A stretch of 64,000 bases of DNA from an uncultured bacterium. Lineage in GTDB: Bacteria > Verrucomicrobiota > Verrucomicrobiia > Verrucomicrobiales > DEV007. The stretch covers positions 192,001-256,000 of the forward strand of contig CAXBMO010000002.1 in the NCBI GenBank assembly GCA_963977015.1, in the 5' to 3' direction. The translations under genes were made by a program, and so were the position numbers. The stretch's first letter is position 1, and each line of letters opens with the position of its first letter. Shown here piece after piece: positions 9,680-18,589 of this stretch. The notes beneath the pieces were generated by a model. That model made no database searches and was not told the DNA's origin. It saw nothing but the letters and a program-made list of their open reading frames with translations.

Positions 9680-10006
9680 GCTCCCGGATTGGATACGGTC
9701 ACCTGCATTCGTTGCCCGGTTTTCTTGAAAGCAGCATCGCTCAGGAAGCCAATCAGGGCAGAATGCCGTGCGGCGGCGAGACATATTCCAGTGCTCTGAT
9801 ATCGGCGCTAGATTGGAACTCGATTTGGGAGGCTCCGCGTTCACGATCGGAGAATCCCTCGCGATCGATTTCGATACACAGGGCGACTCAGGGGCATGGA
9901 GGCGTTGAGTTTTAGGGAGGTTTTCAAGATGCGCCGGTCCCGGGATGCGCAGAAGTTCAGGAGAAGTTCCAAAACCTGAGCTGCCTGCGCCAAAAGAAAC
10001 CGCCCC

Positions 10007-11038
10007 ATGAATCGTCGCCAATTTCTCGCACTCTCAGCCGCATCCGCCGCGTCCGTGGCTCAACTTTCTGCCGCTTTAGGGAAACCCATGGGAATCTCGA
10101 TCGCGTCTTATGGAATTCGCTGGCGAGCCCGAAAGACTCCCGCTGGCGCCGGTTGGAAAAACGCCCTGGACGTCATCGCGCACTGCGAATCCCTCGGCAT
10201 CGGGTGCCTGCAGATCGGGGTTCGGGGCTGGCAGGAGGATTTTGCGGGAAAAGTGCGGTCGGCAAGGGAATCAGCAGGACTGATCCTGGAAGGCCAAATC
10301 GCCCTCCCGAAAGATGAAACGGACATTTCCCGCTTCGAAAACGAAGCCAAGCGGGCGAAAGAAGCCGGCGCGAAGATCCTTCGCACGGTTTGCCTTGGGG
10401 GGAGACGCTATGAAACCTTCCCGAATCACGAGCGTTGGGCTGAATTTCGATCCAATTCGATGAAGCGGCTAACTCTCGCCGAGCCCATCATGAGGAAACT
10501 CGGGCTGATTCTTGCGGTCGAGAATCACAAAGACTGGCGCACCGACGAGTTTCTTTCCATCCTTCGTCATTTTGACAGCGAATTCATCCAGGTGAATTTT
10601 GATTTTGGAAACAACCTTTCACTCTTGGAAAATCCATTGGAAGTCGCTGGAGCACTGGCCCCATGGATCGTGACCACCCATCTCAAGGACATGGCGGGCA
10701 AGGCTACAGACGAAGGCTTTCTGCTCAGTGAAGTTCCGCTGGGAACAGGAGTGCTCGACCTGGACGCGCTGATCCAAACGTGTTCTTCCCATCATCCCTC
10801 AGTTCAATTCAACTTGGAAATGATCACCAGGGATCCACTTGTGATCCCCTGTTTGAAACCGCAATACTGGGCAACCATGGATACGGTGGAAAATCGAGAA
10901 TTGGCAATGGCAAACACTCTTGCGATTCTCAAGTCCAATCCTGTCGAACTTCCAACCCTATCCGGACTCGATCAGACGCAGCAAATCACGTTCGAAGAGG
11001 AGAATGTCCGCAAGAGCCTCGCTTGGCCCCACACTTAA
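10007..11038 (+). CDS. Tat-exported sugar phosphate isomerase/epimerase (xylose isomerase-like TIM barrel)
   Basis: MNRRQFL Tat motif; AVENHKD, DFGN, THLKD and LEMIT metal-ligand motifs. Confidence 0.88.
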   Translation: MNRRQFLALSAASAASVAQLSAALGKPMGISIASYGIRWRARKTPAGAGWKNALDVIAHCESLGIGCLQIGVRGWQEDFAGKVRSARESAGLILEGQIALPKDETDISRFENEAKRAKEAGAKILRTVCLGGRRYETFPNHERWAEFRSNSMKRLTLAEPIMRKLGLILAVENHKDWRTDEFLSILRHFDSEFIQVNFDFGNNLSLLENPLEVAGALAPWIVTTHLKDMAGKATDEGFLLSEVPLGTGVLDLDALIQTCSSHHPSVQFNLEMITRDPLVIPCLKPQYWATMDTVENRELAMANTLAILKSNPVELPTLSGLDQTQQITFEEENVRKSLAWPHT

Positions 11039-12948
11039 GAGTGCGGTGGATCAAACCGGACTTCGGCAGGATTATCGCTGGCGAACGCTGAGGCACTGGT
11101 CTTTTTCGGATTCTCCTCGGCAGCGAGTTGTCCCTGAGCCATCAAGGCAATACCAGCAGCAGCGGCTCCGCTTTTCTTGAGCATTTCCATCTTTCGCTTG
11201 TTGGAATGCCCGTAACGCTCGCGGCGAATCTTGAGGGAATTCTTCTCGTGGATTCGGTAGACAACGTTGCGCACCTCATCGTCGCGATAGAACTCCGCTC
11301 CAACCTTGTAGAGACGATCCCAAAGATGATAATCATCAGCCCCAAGTCCTACGGCGCGCTCCTGATAGTTGCCCGCCTGCAACACCATCTTGGTGCGGAG
11401 CAGAACCGATGAATGCGGCAGCATGTTGTCGTCGCTATTCCCCGTAAACATGGTCTCCAATCCTTTGTTGGGCCAATGCAGCCGAGGCATGATTTCACCG
11501 TTCTCAAGGGTCATCAAAAGGCATCCATACACGTCGAGATTCTTCTGATCCATCGTCGCAACAGCGCGCTCCAAATATTCGGGCACGAGCTGGTCGTCGT
11601 AGTCCAGCGGCTTGTAAAATTCCGTATCGCACTGAGCAACCGCCTGGCGATGCAACCAACTGCAATGTTCAATATCCGCCGTCACCCCGGTGCAGATGAG
11701 GGGGAGGCCGAAACGCTTGGCAAGCCGTTCGCCCATCGCCCAGGGACCGTCCACGAGTAGAATGACCTTGAAGTTCTGGTAGGTCTGGCAGCAGATACTG
11801 TTGATCGCATCCTCAAGGAGTTCTTCATCGACTCCCTGATGAATTCGAACCCCAACGGTCACGCGGGCACTCTCATGGCGCAGGCTCGTGTGAGTCAGTT
11901 TCCCGAGAACCAGGCTGTGTGCCGACGAGTAACCGGCCGCTGTCGAAAGATCTGCGACACTTGCCAAACAGTTCATGGGATCGAGCTTCGCCGCCTTGAG
12001 AATGGCGCCGTAGGCAACCTTGGCGAGAGCCTTGGGATTGTCGTTCCAGTCGATGAGATACCCGTTGTATCCGCGCTTGATGTAGTCAGCGATTCCGCAT
12101 GAACGCGTCACCACAACCGGCACCCCGCAACTCAAGGCCTCAGCTGCGGTCAGGAGAAATCCTTCCTTCTTGCTGTTTCCAAGCAGGACATGGCAGCCTT
12201 CCAACCGGTGACGGTAGTTGAAGGGATCAAAATCAAGCGGACGGAGATCAATGCGATCGGCCACTCCAAGCTTCTGCGCAAGCCCCATGAAATTCTCCAT
12301 AGCCTCCCCCTGAACCTTCAAGGTGTAGGCCAAACCCGCGGTCTCGGCGCCGGTCCAGATTCGGAGGATGATGCGGGGATCTTCCTTCAACAGATAGGGA
12401 AGCGACATCAAGCCCTTGTCCTCGAGCGGACGTCCCATCCACGCGACAACGATGCGGTCGCGATGATTGTAGGCGCCCTTGGCCGGGGTGAATTCCGTGA
12501 CCGGAGGCGGGAGAATACCGGCGCTGATGTGGCCGTTGTCCTTCATCCAGTCTTCGTAGCGGTCGAGAACCTTTTGGGAAACGCCGGCAACGGTCAATCC
12601 GCGGTATTCCTTGTAGGCCTTGCTGAAGTAGCGCCACCCGGCCTCGTCCCAGCTGTGAAGAACCAACGAAGTGGGTCGCTCCGCCAAACCGGTCAGGTTG
12701 CCGTAGCTGAGGAACCAACTCGAAGGATTTCCCGGAGCTTCTCTCGTGATGTCACCACATTCAAATCCGGCATCAACCGCCTTGTCGAGCAGCGGCATGT
12801 CGTCACTTTGGCAGTATAGAGTGGTGCGATCACGAACCCATTCGGGGAGAGCCTTGATATAGCGTAAAACTGCAGTTTGAGCGCCTCCGAGAGCCATATT
12901 GTGGGTCACGAAGCAAGGTGCTGTCTGAGGCAGTAGGGAATGGGCCAT
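11035..12948 (-). CDS. Bifunctional GT4 + GT2 glycosyltransferase
   Basis: N-terminal LGGAQ, GRPLEDKG and EGFLLTAAEALSCGVPVV (GT4); C-terminal SICCQTY, LDYDD and ADDYHLW (GT2). Confidence 0.88.
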   Translation of the reverse strand: MAHSLLPQTAPCFVTHNMALGGAQTAVLRYIKALPEWVRDRTTLYCQSDDMPLLDKAVDAGFECGDITREAPGNPSSWFLSYGNLTGLAERPTSLVLHSWDEAGWRYFSKAYKEYRGLTVAGVSQKVLDRYEDWMKDNGHISAGILPPPVTEFTPAKGAYNHRDRIVVAWMGRPLEDKGLMSLPYLLKEDPRIILRIWTGAETAGLAYTLKVQGEAMENFMGLAQKLGVADRIDLRPLDFDPFNYRHRLEGCHVLLGNSKKEGFLLTAAEALSCGVPVVVTRSCGIADYIKRGYNGYLIDWNDNPKALAKVAYGAILKAAKLDPMNCLASVADLSTAAGYSSAHSLVLGKLTHTSLRHESARVTVGVRIHQGVDEELLEDAINSICCQTYQNFKVILLVDGPWAMGERLAKRFGLPLICTGVTADIEHCSWLHRQAVAQCDTEFYKPLDYDDQLVPEYLERAVATMDQKNLDVYGCLLMTLENGEIMPRLHWPNKGLETMFTGNSDDNMLPHSSVLLRTKMVLQAGNYQERAVGLGADDYHLWDRLYKVGAEFYRDDEVRNVVYRIHEKNSLKIRRERYGHSNKRKMEMLKKSGAAAAGIALMAQGQLAAEENPKKTSASAFASDNPAEVRFDPPHS

Positions 12949-13147
12949 GGTCGATACTTTGGGTGTCTACAATTGTTAAGGCTGCTAAAGATTTACCACA
13001 ATCCTCATCTGGAGCAAGGGGCAACGTCGTGGTGGACGCTGCGAAGTGGAGCGATGTTCGAGAAAAGTGGTCACTTTTCTCGAAAGCGGCCTCGCAGTCG
13101 CATACACGGGCCCTGACTTGCGAAACTTCAGGAAATTTCTGCGAAAA

Positions 13148-14344
13148 TCAGCCCAGAGTCTCGACCCACCAAGTCAGCAGTCCCGCTTCCCAAAGGGTCA
13201 GCCCAGTCCAGAAAAACCCCATGCCCAGCAAAATCCAACTGGCAGGAACAACCAGGAGACTGCGGTACCAATTTTTCTTCCAGAAGGCTCCCAAAACGAT
13301 CCAGGTAACAAGAAATACCGCAAACAACGCAGCAATCTCGCCGAGCAAAAACCCCTGAAGTTCCTGAAGCGATCCCGAAGTCTCTGGTTGGGTACAAAAA
13401 CCGAGAAGCATTCCGACGAGCACCACCAAGGCGAACCGAATCGAGGTGACTTTCGATTGAGCGATATTACTCCAGGCCATCAGGATAATCGCGCCCCCCA
13501 ATACCAATTCCCCCAAGTAGGCCCAATCAGGAACGCGACCGACCAGTGCCAGCATTTGACCAAACACGAGCCCCAACACCAAAGCCAGAACTTGGGAAAA
13601 CCCACGAAAAAATCCCGTGGCCAATAGAAAAATCGCCACCGCCAACACCGCTCGTTTCGCATCATTGGAGAACAGCAATTTGGCTCCCGACAAGAGGTGA
13701 TCAACCATGGTGGGTTCCGATTCAGCGACGTCAACGTCCAGGAACGGGTCACCATCAACAGGTTCGCTTCCAACAAATCCCAGATCAATGGGCCGGCTGA
13801 ACTCGCCAGCAAACAGTGTGTGCGCCCGCTTCTGCATCTCGCCATCAATGATGACGACCATGACCAACGCGACATCCGTTTCCTCCGAGAGGCGCACCAT
13901 GAACTTCTCCGCATTTTCGGGAACGCGCCCCTTTGTCTCAGTGTAGAGCTGGGTGACGATGTCCAACCCCGGGAGCGGGTTGTCCTGTTCGACCGGTTCC
14001 AGTGGACTGAATTCCGCCTTCAGTTCGTCTTCATCGAAATGAAGCGTCACCGCGTTTCTCAGATAGTCCATCGCGGCTTCTTCAGGCGAGATCGTGTCAT
14101 TCAGAAGTGGATCTTCAGAAGCTTGAATCTCGAGGCTTAACGCAAACGTGTAGGAGCCATCACGCTCAAAACTCGCCTTTGCCGCGACTGCCTTGATTTG
14201 ATGAGCTTCCGACACACCGGGCACAAGAAGAAAAATCCCAACTTGCACGATCAAAAACGGGAGGAGAAAAGGTAGGCGGCCAAGCTGAATCACGGAGAAC
14301 ATTCTACAACGGTTGAAATCTCCCGCAAATGAAGCACAGATCAT
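13148..14344 (-). CDS. Membrane protein with periplasmic N-domain and HupE/UreJ-like TM C-domain (true start likely downstream)
   Basis: Signal-like segment ending SEAH; about 6 C-terminal TM helices ending WYRSLLVVPASWILLGMGFFW. Confidence 0.65.
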   Translation of the reverse strand: MICASFAGDFNRCRMFSVIQLGRLPFLLPFLIVQVGIFLLVPGVSEAHQIKAVAAKASFERDGSYTFALSLEIQASEDPLLNDTISPEEAAMDYLRNAVTLHFDEDELKAEFSPLEPVEQDNPLPGLDIVTQLYTETKGRVPENAEKFMVRLSEETDVALVMVVIIDGEMQKRAHTLFAGEFSRPIDLGFVGSEPVDGDPFLDVDVAESEPTMVDHLLSGAKLLFSNDAKRAVLAVAIFLLATGFFRGFSQVLALVLGLVFGQMLALVGRVPDWAYLGELVLGGAIILMAWSNIAQSKVTSIRFALVVLVGMLLGFCTQPETSGSLQELQGFLLGEIAALFAVFLVTWIVLGAFWKKNWYRSLLVVPASWILLGMGFFWTGLTLWEAGLLTWWVETLG

Positions 14345-14443
14345 ATGCGTGAACAGTTAAATTTGCTTAAAAATACAGTAATTATAAACTTTTAACCTCA
14401 AGCTTGACCCATAGGTTAAAATCAACCAACCATTCCCCAAAAC

Positions 14444-15226
14444 ATGCGCTTTCTCCCCATTTTCTTAAGCATGGTTTTGCTTGATATCGCCGGGCTGTCT
14501 TTGACAGACGCCAAGGCTGTTGTGTATCTCGAAATCATCGAAGTTCCAGCGTCCGCCCCTTCCACTCCCAAAAAGAATCCGTTCGCGTTTGGGAAGAAAA
14601 GCGAGGCGCAGATCAAACCTGCCGTAACCTTGAGTGAACGCTTTGCCCTTACGGCGGAGGGGAAACGAAAAGCCAAGCAATGGGCCAACTCGAAAAGCCC
14701 GAACGAGACCCACCGCATCGTCGTCTACAAGTGTCCGGAGGTTCTGAAAATTGCGGGTACTCACAATACGGAAGTCGTAATCGACATTGGCAGACAAGCT
14801 GCATTTCTTCTGGTTGGTGGGGCGATCGGCCTCGAAACGGAAATTTCCACGGCCCGATCGGGGAAGGTCACCCCCAAAGGATCGTTCCAAATGACGGAAC
14901 GCGTTCGCAATGGGAAGATCTCCAACCTCTACGACGTCGAAATGCCCTATTGGATGCGCCTCGACAATACTCCCTACGGCGTTCATGCCGGGTATCTTCC
15001 CGGATATCCGGCATCCGCGGGATGCATTCGACTTCCCCATGTCGCTGCCGAGGTCATCTATCGCTACACGGCCCGTGGTTCGACCGTCGTCATCACCAAC
15101 TCGTGGCGTCCTTCTCCCAATTTGCCCAAAACCCCGAGCAATCATTCCCAGCCGCCCAAAGCAGGGCGCTTCAGTTCGGATTTGATGAATCCAACCATTC
15201 CGAAGTATCCGGAAATCGGTGGGTAG
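14444..15226 (+). CDS. L,D-transpeptidase (YkuD family)
   Basis: ISTARSGKVTPKGSF, MPYWMRL and HAGYLPGYPASAGCIRLP. Confidence 0.9.
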   Translation: MRFLPIFLSMVLLDIAGLSLTDAKAVVYLEIIEVPASAPSTPKKNPFAFGKKSEAQIKPAVTLSERFALTAEGKRKAKQWANSKSPNETHRIVVYKCPEVLKIAGTHNTEVVIDIGRQAAFLLVGGAIGLETEISTARSGKVTPKGSFQMTERVRNGKISNLYDVEMPYWMRLDNTPYGVHAGYLPGYPASAGCIRLPHVAAEVIYRYTARGSTVVITNSWRPSPNLPKTPSNHSQPPKAGRFSSDLMNPTIPKYPEIGG

Positions 15227-15330
15227 AAGTTAAGGGTTGAGCGATTCAGGCCTTTCGAGGTTCATCTCCAAATCGAACTGCCCACTGAGTTCTGGTTTGC
15301 GCCCCGGTTCAGGCGAGTTACTGCTAGGAC

Positions 15331-16683
15331 ATGAAACCTCTCGCTCTTTTTTGCTGCTGGTTGACCATCGCTAGTTTCGGATTCGCCGCAAAGCGTCCCA
15401 ACATCATCCTCATCATGGCCGATGACATGGGGTACGAATGCGTCTCGGCAAATGGCAGCAGGATGTATCAAACGCCTCATATTGATGCGCTCGCTGCAAG
15501 CGGAATGCGATTCGAGAATGCCCATTCCCAACCCATTTGTACTCCGTCGCGCGTTCAGATCATGACGGGAATCTACAACAACAAAAACTACATCAAATTC
15601 GGCCTCCTCGATCCCGAAGCCACCACCTTTGGCAATCTGCTTCGCGACGCCGGATACAAGACCTGCATCGCTGGCAAGTGGCAGTTGCAGGGAGGATTCG
15701 AAGGCGTCAAAAATTTCGGTTTTGATCGCCATTGTCTCTGGCAGCTGACCCGACGGCCAAGTCGTTACCCCAACCCTGGTTTGGAAATCGATGGCGAGGA
15801 GAAGGATTTCAAGAATGGAGAATTCGGCCCTCACCTGGTTTCCGACTACATCTGCGATTTCCTGACGGAGCACAAAAGCTCGGAGGATCCGTTCTTCGTT
15901 TACTATCCGATGATTGAGCCCCACTGGCCGTTTTTGCCAACTCCCGGCAGTGAGGATTGGGACCCCACGATGTGGCGCAACCAAAAGAATGAGCCGGGTG
16001 GATACAAGGATCAGAAATACTGGGATCTCATGGTGACGTTGACCGACAACATGGTCGGCAAGGTCGTCGCAAAACTCGACGAATTGGGACTGCGCGAAAA
16101 CACCCTGGTAATCTTCACCTGCGACAATGGCACTTATACCGGCGTGAAATCGACCTTTGCCGACGGGGAGTATCCCGGAGGAAAGGGAACCCCAAAAGAC
16201 AATGGCACCCACGTTCCTTTTGTCGTGAGCTGGCCTGGAACGACGGGCGCCAATCAAGTCCGAGAGGAGCTGGTCGATTTCAGCGATCTCCTTCCCACAC
16301 TGGTTGATGCGGCGGGCGCTGAAATTCCAGGCAACCTCGATGGGCACAGCCTCATTCCTCTCTTCAAAGGTGATTCAAACTACACGGCTCGGGAAACAAT
16401 CTATTGCTGGTATGAGCGGAACGGAGACCGAACGAAGGCGACTCAACATGTGCGGGATCAACGCTACAAGCTTTATGCAACCGGCAAATTTTACGATACC
16501 CAGACGGATCTTTTGGAAAAAACCAACTTGGCGGCAAACGGCGTCCCGGAAGAACTCAGTTCAGTTCACGCGAAACTCAAGGCTGCTTTGGAACCTCATC
16601 TCGCGGCAACGAAACTCGCCGATCCAATCCAGTCGGCCAAACGCGGTGACGACAAGAAAAAGAAGAAACCAAAGAAGGGCTGA
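15331..16683 (+). CDS. Secreted sulfatase (arylsulfatase A family)
   Basis: PNIILIMADDMG, CTPSR formylglycine motif, GKWQL and DNG. Confidence 0.93.
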   Translation: MKPLALFCCWLTIASFGFAAKRPNIILIMADDMGYECVSANGSRMYQTPHIDALAASGMRFENAHSQPICTPSRVQIMTGIYNNKNYIKFGLLDPEATTFGNLLRDAGYKTCIAGKWQLQGGFEGVKNFGFDRHCLWQLTRRPSRYPNPGLEIDGEEKDFKNGEFGPHLVSDYICDFLTEHKSSEDPFFVYYPMIEPHWPFLPTPGSEDWDPTMWRNQKNEPGGYKDQKYWDLMVTLTDNMVGKVVAKLDELGLRENTLVIFTCDNGTYTGVKSTFADGEYPGGKGTPKDNGTHVPFVVSWPGTTGANQVREELVDFSDLLPTLVDAAGAEIPGNLDGHSLIPLFKGDSNYTARETIYCWYERNGDRTKATQHVRDQRYKLYATGKFYDTQTDLLEKTNLAANGVPEELSSVHAKLKAALEPHLAATKLADPIQSAKRGDDKKKKKPKKG

Positions 16684-16691
16684 GCTCTAGA

Positions 16692-17687
16692 TTAGAACTT
16701 CATCGAGATCATTCCACGGCCGCCGGTCAGCTTCTTCAGATTCGCTTTGTAGATGTCCGGATCAACAATCGTCTTTTCGACTTCCCATGGCCTCGCGATG
16801 ATCACGCCTGCGTGACCCTTGAATTGATTCAGATAGTCCGATATCGATTTATCAATGATCACCCTGCGATACTGCTTCTGAGACGAGGCGTGCATGAGGC
16901 GCAAGACGCCGTCATTGGTTCGAATCGCAAGTCCCACATGCGAGCAAAACCCGCCCTGGTGCGTCGTCGCAATTCCCAGAATATCGCCATTCTGTAGTTT
17001 GGGCTCAATCAGCTTTACCTTGTTTTTCGGAATGTAGTAGACGGGAAGCTGGCTTACCTTCCCCTCTAACTTCGCCATCGTGGGTCGCAGGTCAGGGTTG
17101 TTTTTCAGATAGCGGTAACTCTTCCAGAGAATCGTCATTTCCTGACACTTCCGTTCCGTCATGGGCATCGCGTATTCGAAATCCCTGGTGATGTCATCAG
17201 CAACGCCACGAGCTTCGTTTTCAAAGAACCACTCGCTGAGGTAATGAATTCGCTGCAGATAATTCCCCGTGCAAACGCCTCCGCGATAGCGGGTCAGGAG
17301 AATTTGATCGAGAAGATCCTCCGGTTCAAAGCGGTCTTTCTCCTCAACAATCATTCGACTGAAACCCAAGCTGATTTCAAAGAAGCTCCAACAATCGAGG
17401 CCGTTCAGGTTCACCGAAGGAGCCTCAATGTGATCGTCGATTTCAAGGGTAAAACTCGTGTAGGGAAGCCCATGAAGCTCTCTTCCAAATTTGATCATCC
17501 GCTCTCCAATCGGAAGTTTAGCCCATCCTTCCGCTCGCGCCTTCGCGACAATTTGATCAAATTTCTTCTCGCCCTTGAAACGAACACTCAGGGGCAATTC
17601 TTTCCCAGCTCCCAGCGACGAAATTGGTGCCCAACCAAGGAAACTTGCGAGAAGCAAGAGCAGGATAGTCTTTTGCATGATTAACAT
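16692..17687 (-). CDS. DUF1460 / NlpC-P60-like N-acetylmuramoyl-L-alanine amidase
   Basis: NLNGLDCWSFFE, RYRGG, RIHY, SHVGLA and MHASS; signal peptide. Confidence 0.85.
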   Translation of the reverse strand: MLIMQKTILLLLLASFLGWAPISSLGAGKELPLSVRFKGEKKFDQIVAKARAEGWAKLPIGERMIKFGRELHGLPYTSFTLEIDDHIEAPSVNLNGLDCWSFFEISLGFSRMIVEEKDRFEPEDLLDQILLTRYRGGVCTGNYLQRIHYLSEWFFENEARGVADDITRDFEYAMPMTERKCQEMTILWKSYRYLKNNPDLRPTMAKLEGKVSQLPVYYIPKNKVKLIEPKLQNGDILGIATTHQGGFCSHVGLAIRTNDGVLRLMHASSQKQYRRVIIDKSISDYLNQFKGHAGVIIARPWEVEKTIVDPDIYKANLKKLTGGRGMISMKF

Positions 17688-17755
17688 TAGCAGATTTTTA
17701 AGAAGTTAAAAGTTTTCTACCCTCTGCACGTCGCGTGCCCGCCTCGGCGCTGGTT

Positions 17756-18529
17756 CTATTCCGGCAATTTCGGAAGGTTCCAAAGGGACTCCACTTTGAG
17801 ATACTCGGACTTTGGAAGGGCTACGTAATGAGGATTTTGATTCTCTTCGAGCCAACGAATAACCCGAACCAGATTGCTCTCAGTCATCGTGGTGCAGCCA
17901 TGCGTGGTTCGGTCTGCGCCGCGGCGAACGTGGAAAAAAATCGCGCTGCCAAATCCTGGCACCGGCGGATCGGAATTGTGACGCACCTCGATTTTATAGC
18001 GATAGGCATAGTCTCCAAGGCGCATTCGTTGCGACTCGAACCACGAAGGCTTGTTGGAAGGACTCGCCTCAAAGTGTTGATTGTAATACTTGTTGGTCGG
18101 GTCGTCGATCCACGCGTCCCAACGATCCACCTGATTGTAGGGGTAGGCACCACCACCCGGAATCGTCGCCCCGTAACCAAACACCGTTCCTAGCTCAAAG
18201 AGCCCAGCCGGGGTGCGCCGATCACCTTCCCGCTTCATTCTCCCTTCAGGTTCAACCGGCAAAACACCTCGCCCCCAAGCCATGCCATTCTTTCCAAAGA
18301 GCACAGGGATCGGTTCCGCCCGCGTTGTTTGCCACCCTTCGTTCGTCTTGTAGAAACACCACATTTTGGCCCGATTACTGTCCCAACTATCGGCAATGCT
18401 GACAAGGAGCTGCCCGCAATCATTCGGCAGCTTTTTGGGAGGTTTGGCCTCGCACAGAGCGGAAAGTCCGAAGGAACATGCGATCGATAGCAGGACCGTC
18501 GCAGTGAACAATGAACGGGAAGAGATCAT
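17756..18529 (-). CDS. L,D-transpeptidase-family secreted protein
   Basis: KREGDRRTPAGLF and GSAIFFHV...THGCTTM. Confidence 0.88.
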   Translation of the reverse strand: MISSRSLFTATVLLSIACSFGLSALCEAKPPKKLPNDCGQLLVSIADSWDSNRAKMWCFYKTNEGWQTTRAEPIPVLFGKNGMAWGRGVLPVEPEGRMKREGDRRTPAGLFELGTVFGYGATIPGGGAYPYNQVDRWDAWIDDPTNKYYNQHFEASPSNKPSWFESQRMRLGDYAYRYKIEVRHNSDPPVPGFGSAIFFHVRRGADRTTHGCTTMTESNLVRVIRWLEENQNPHYVALPKSEYLKVESLWNLPKLPE

Positions 18530-18589
18530 GTCATGTTAGAGACGGTTCGTTTCTGAACCGCATTCATCATAGACGATCTCTCTGAAAAC

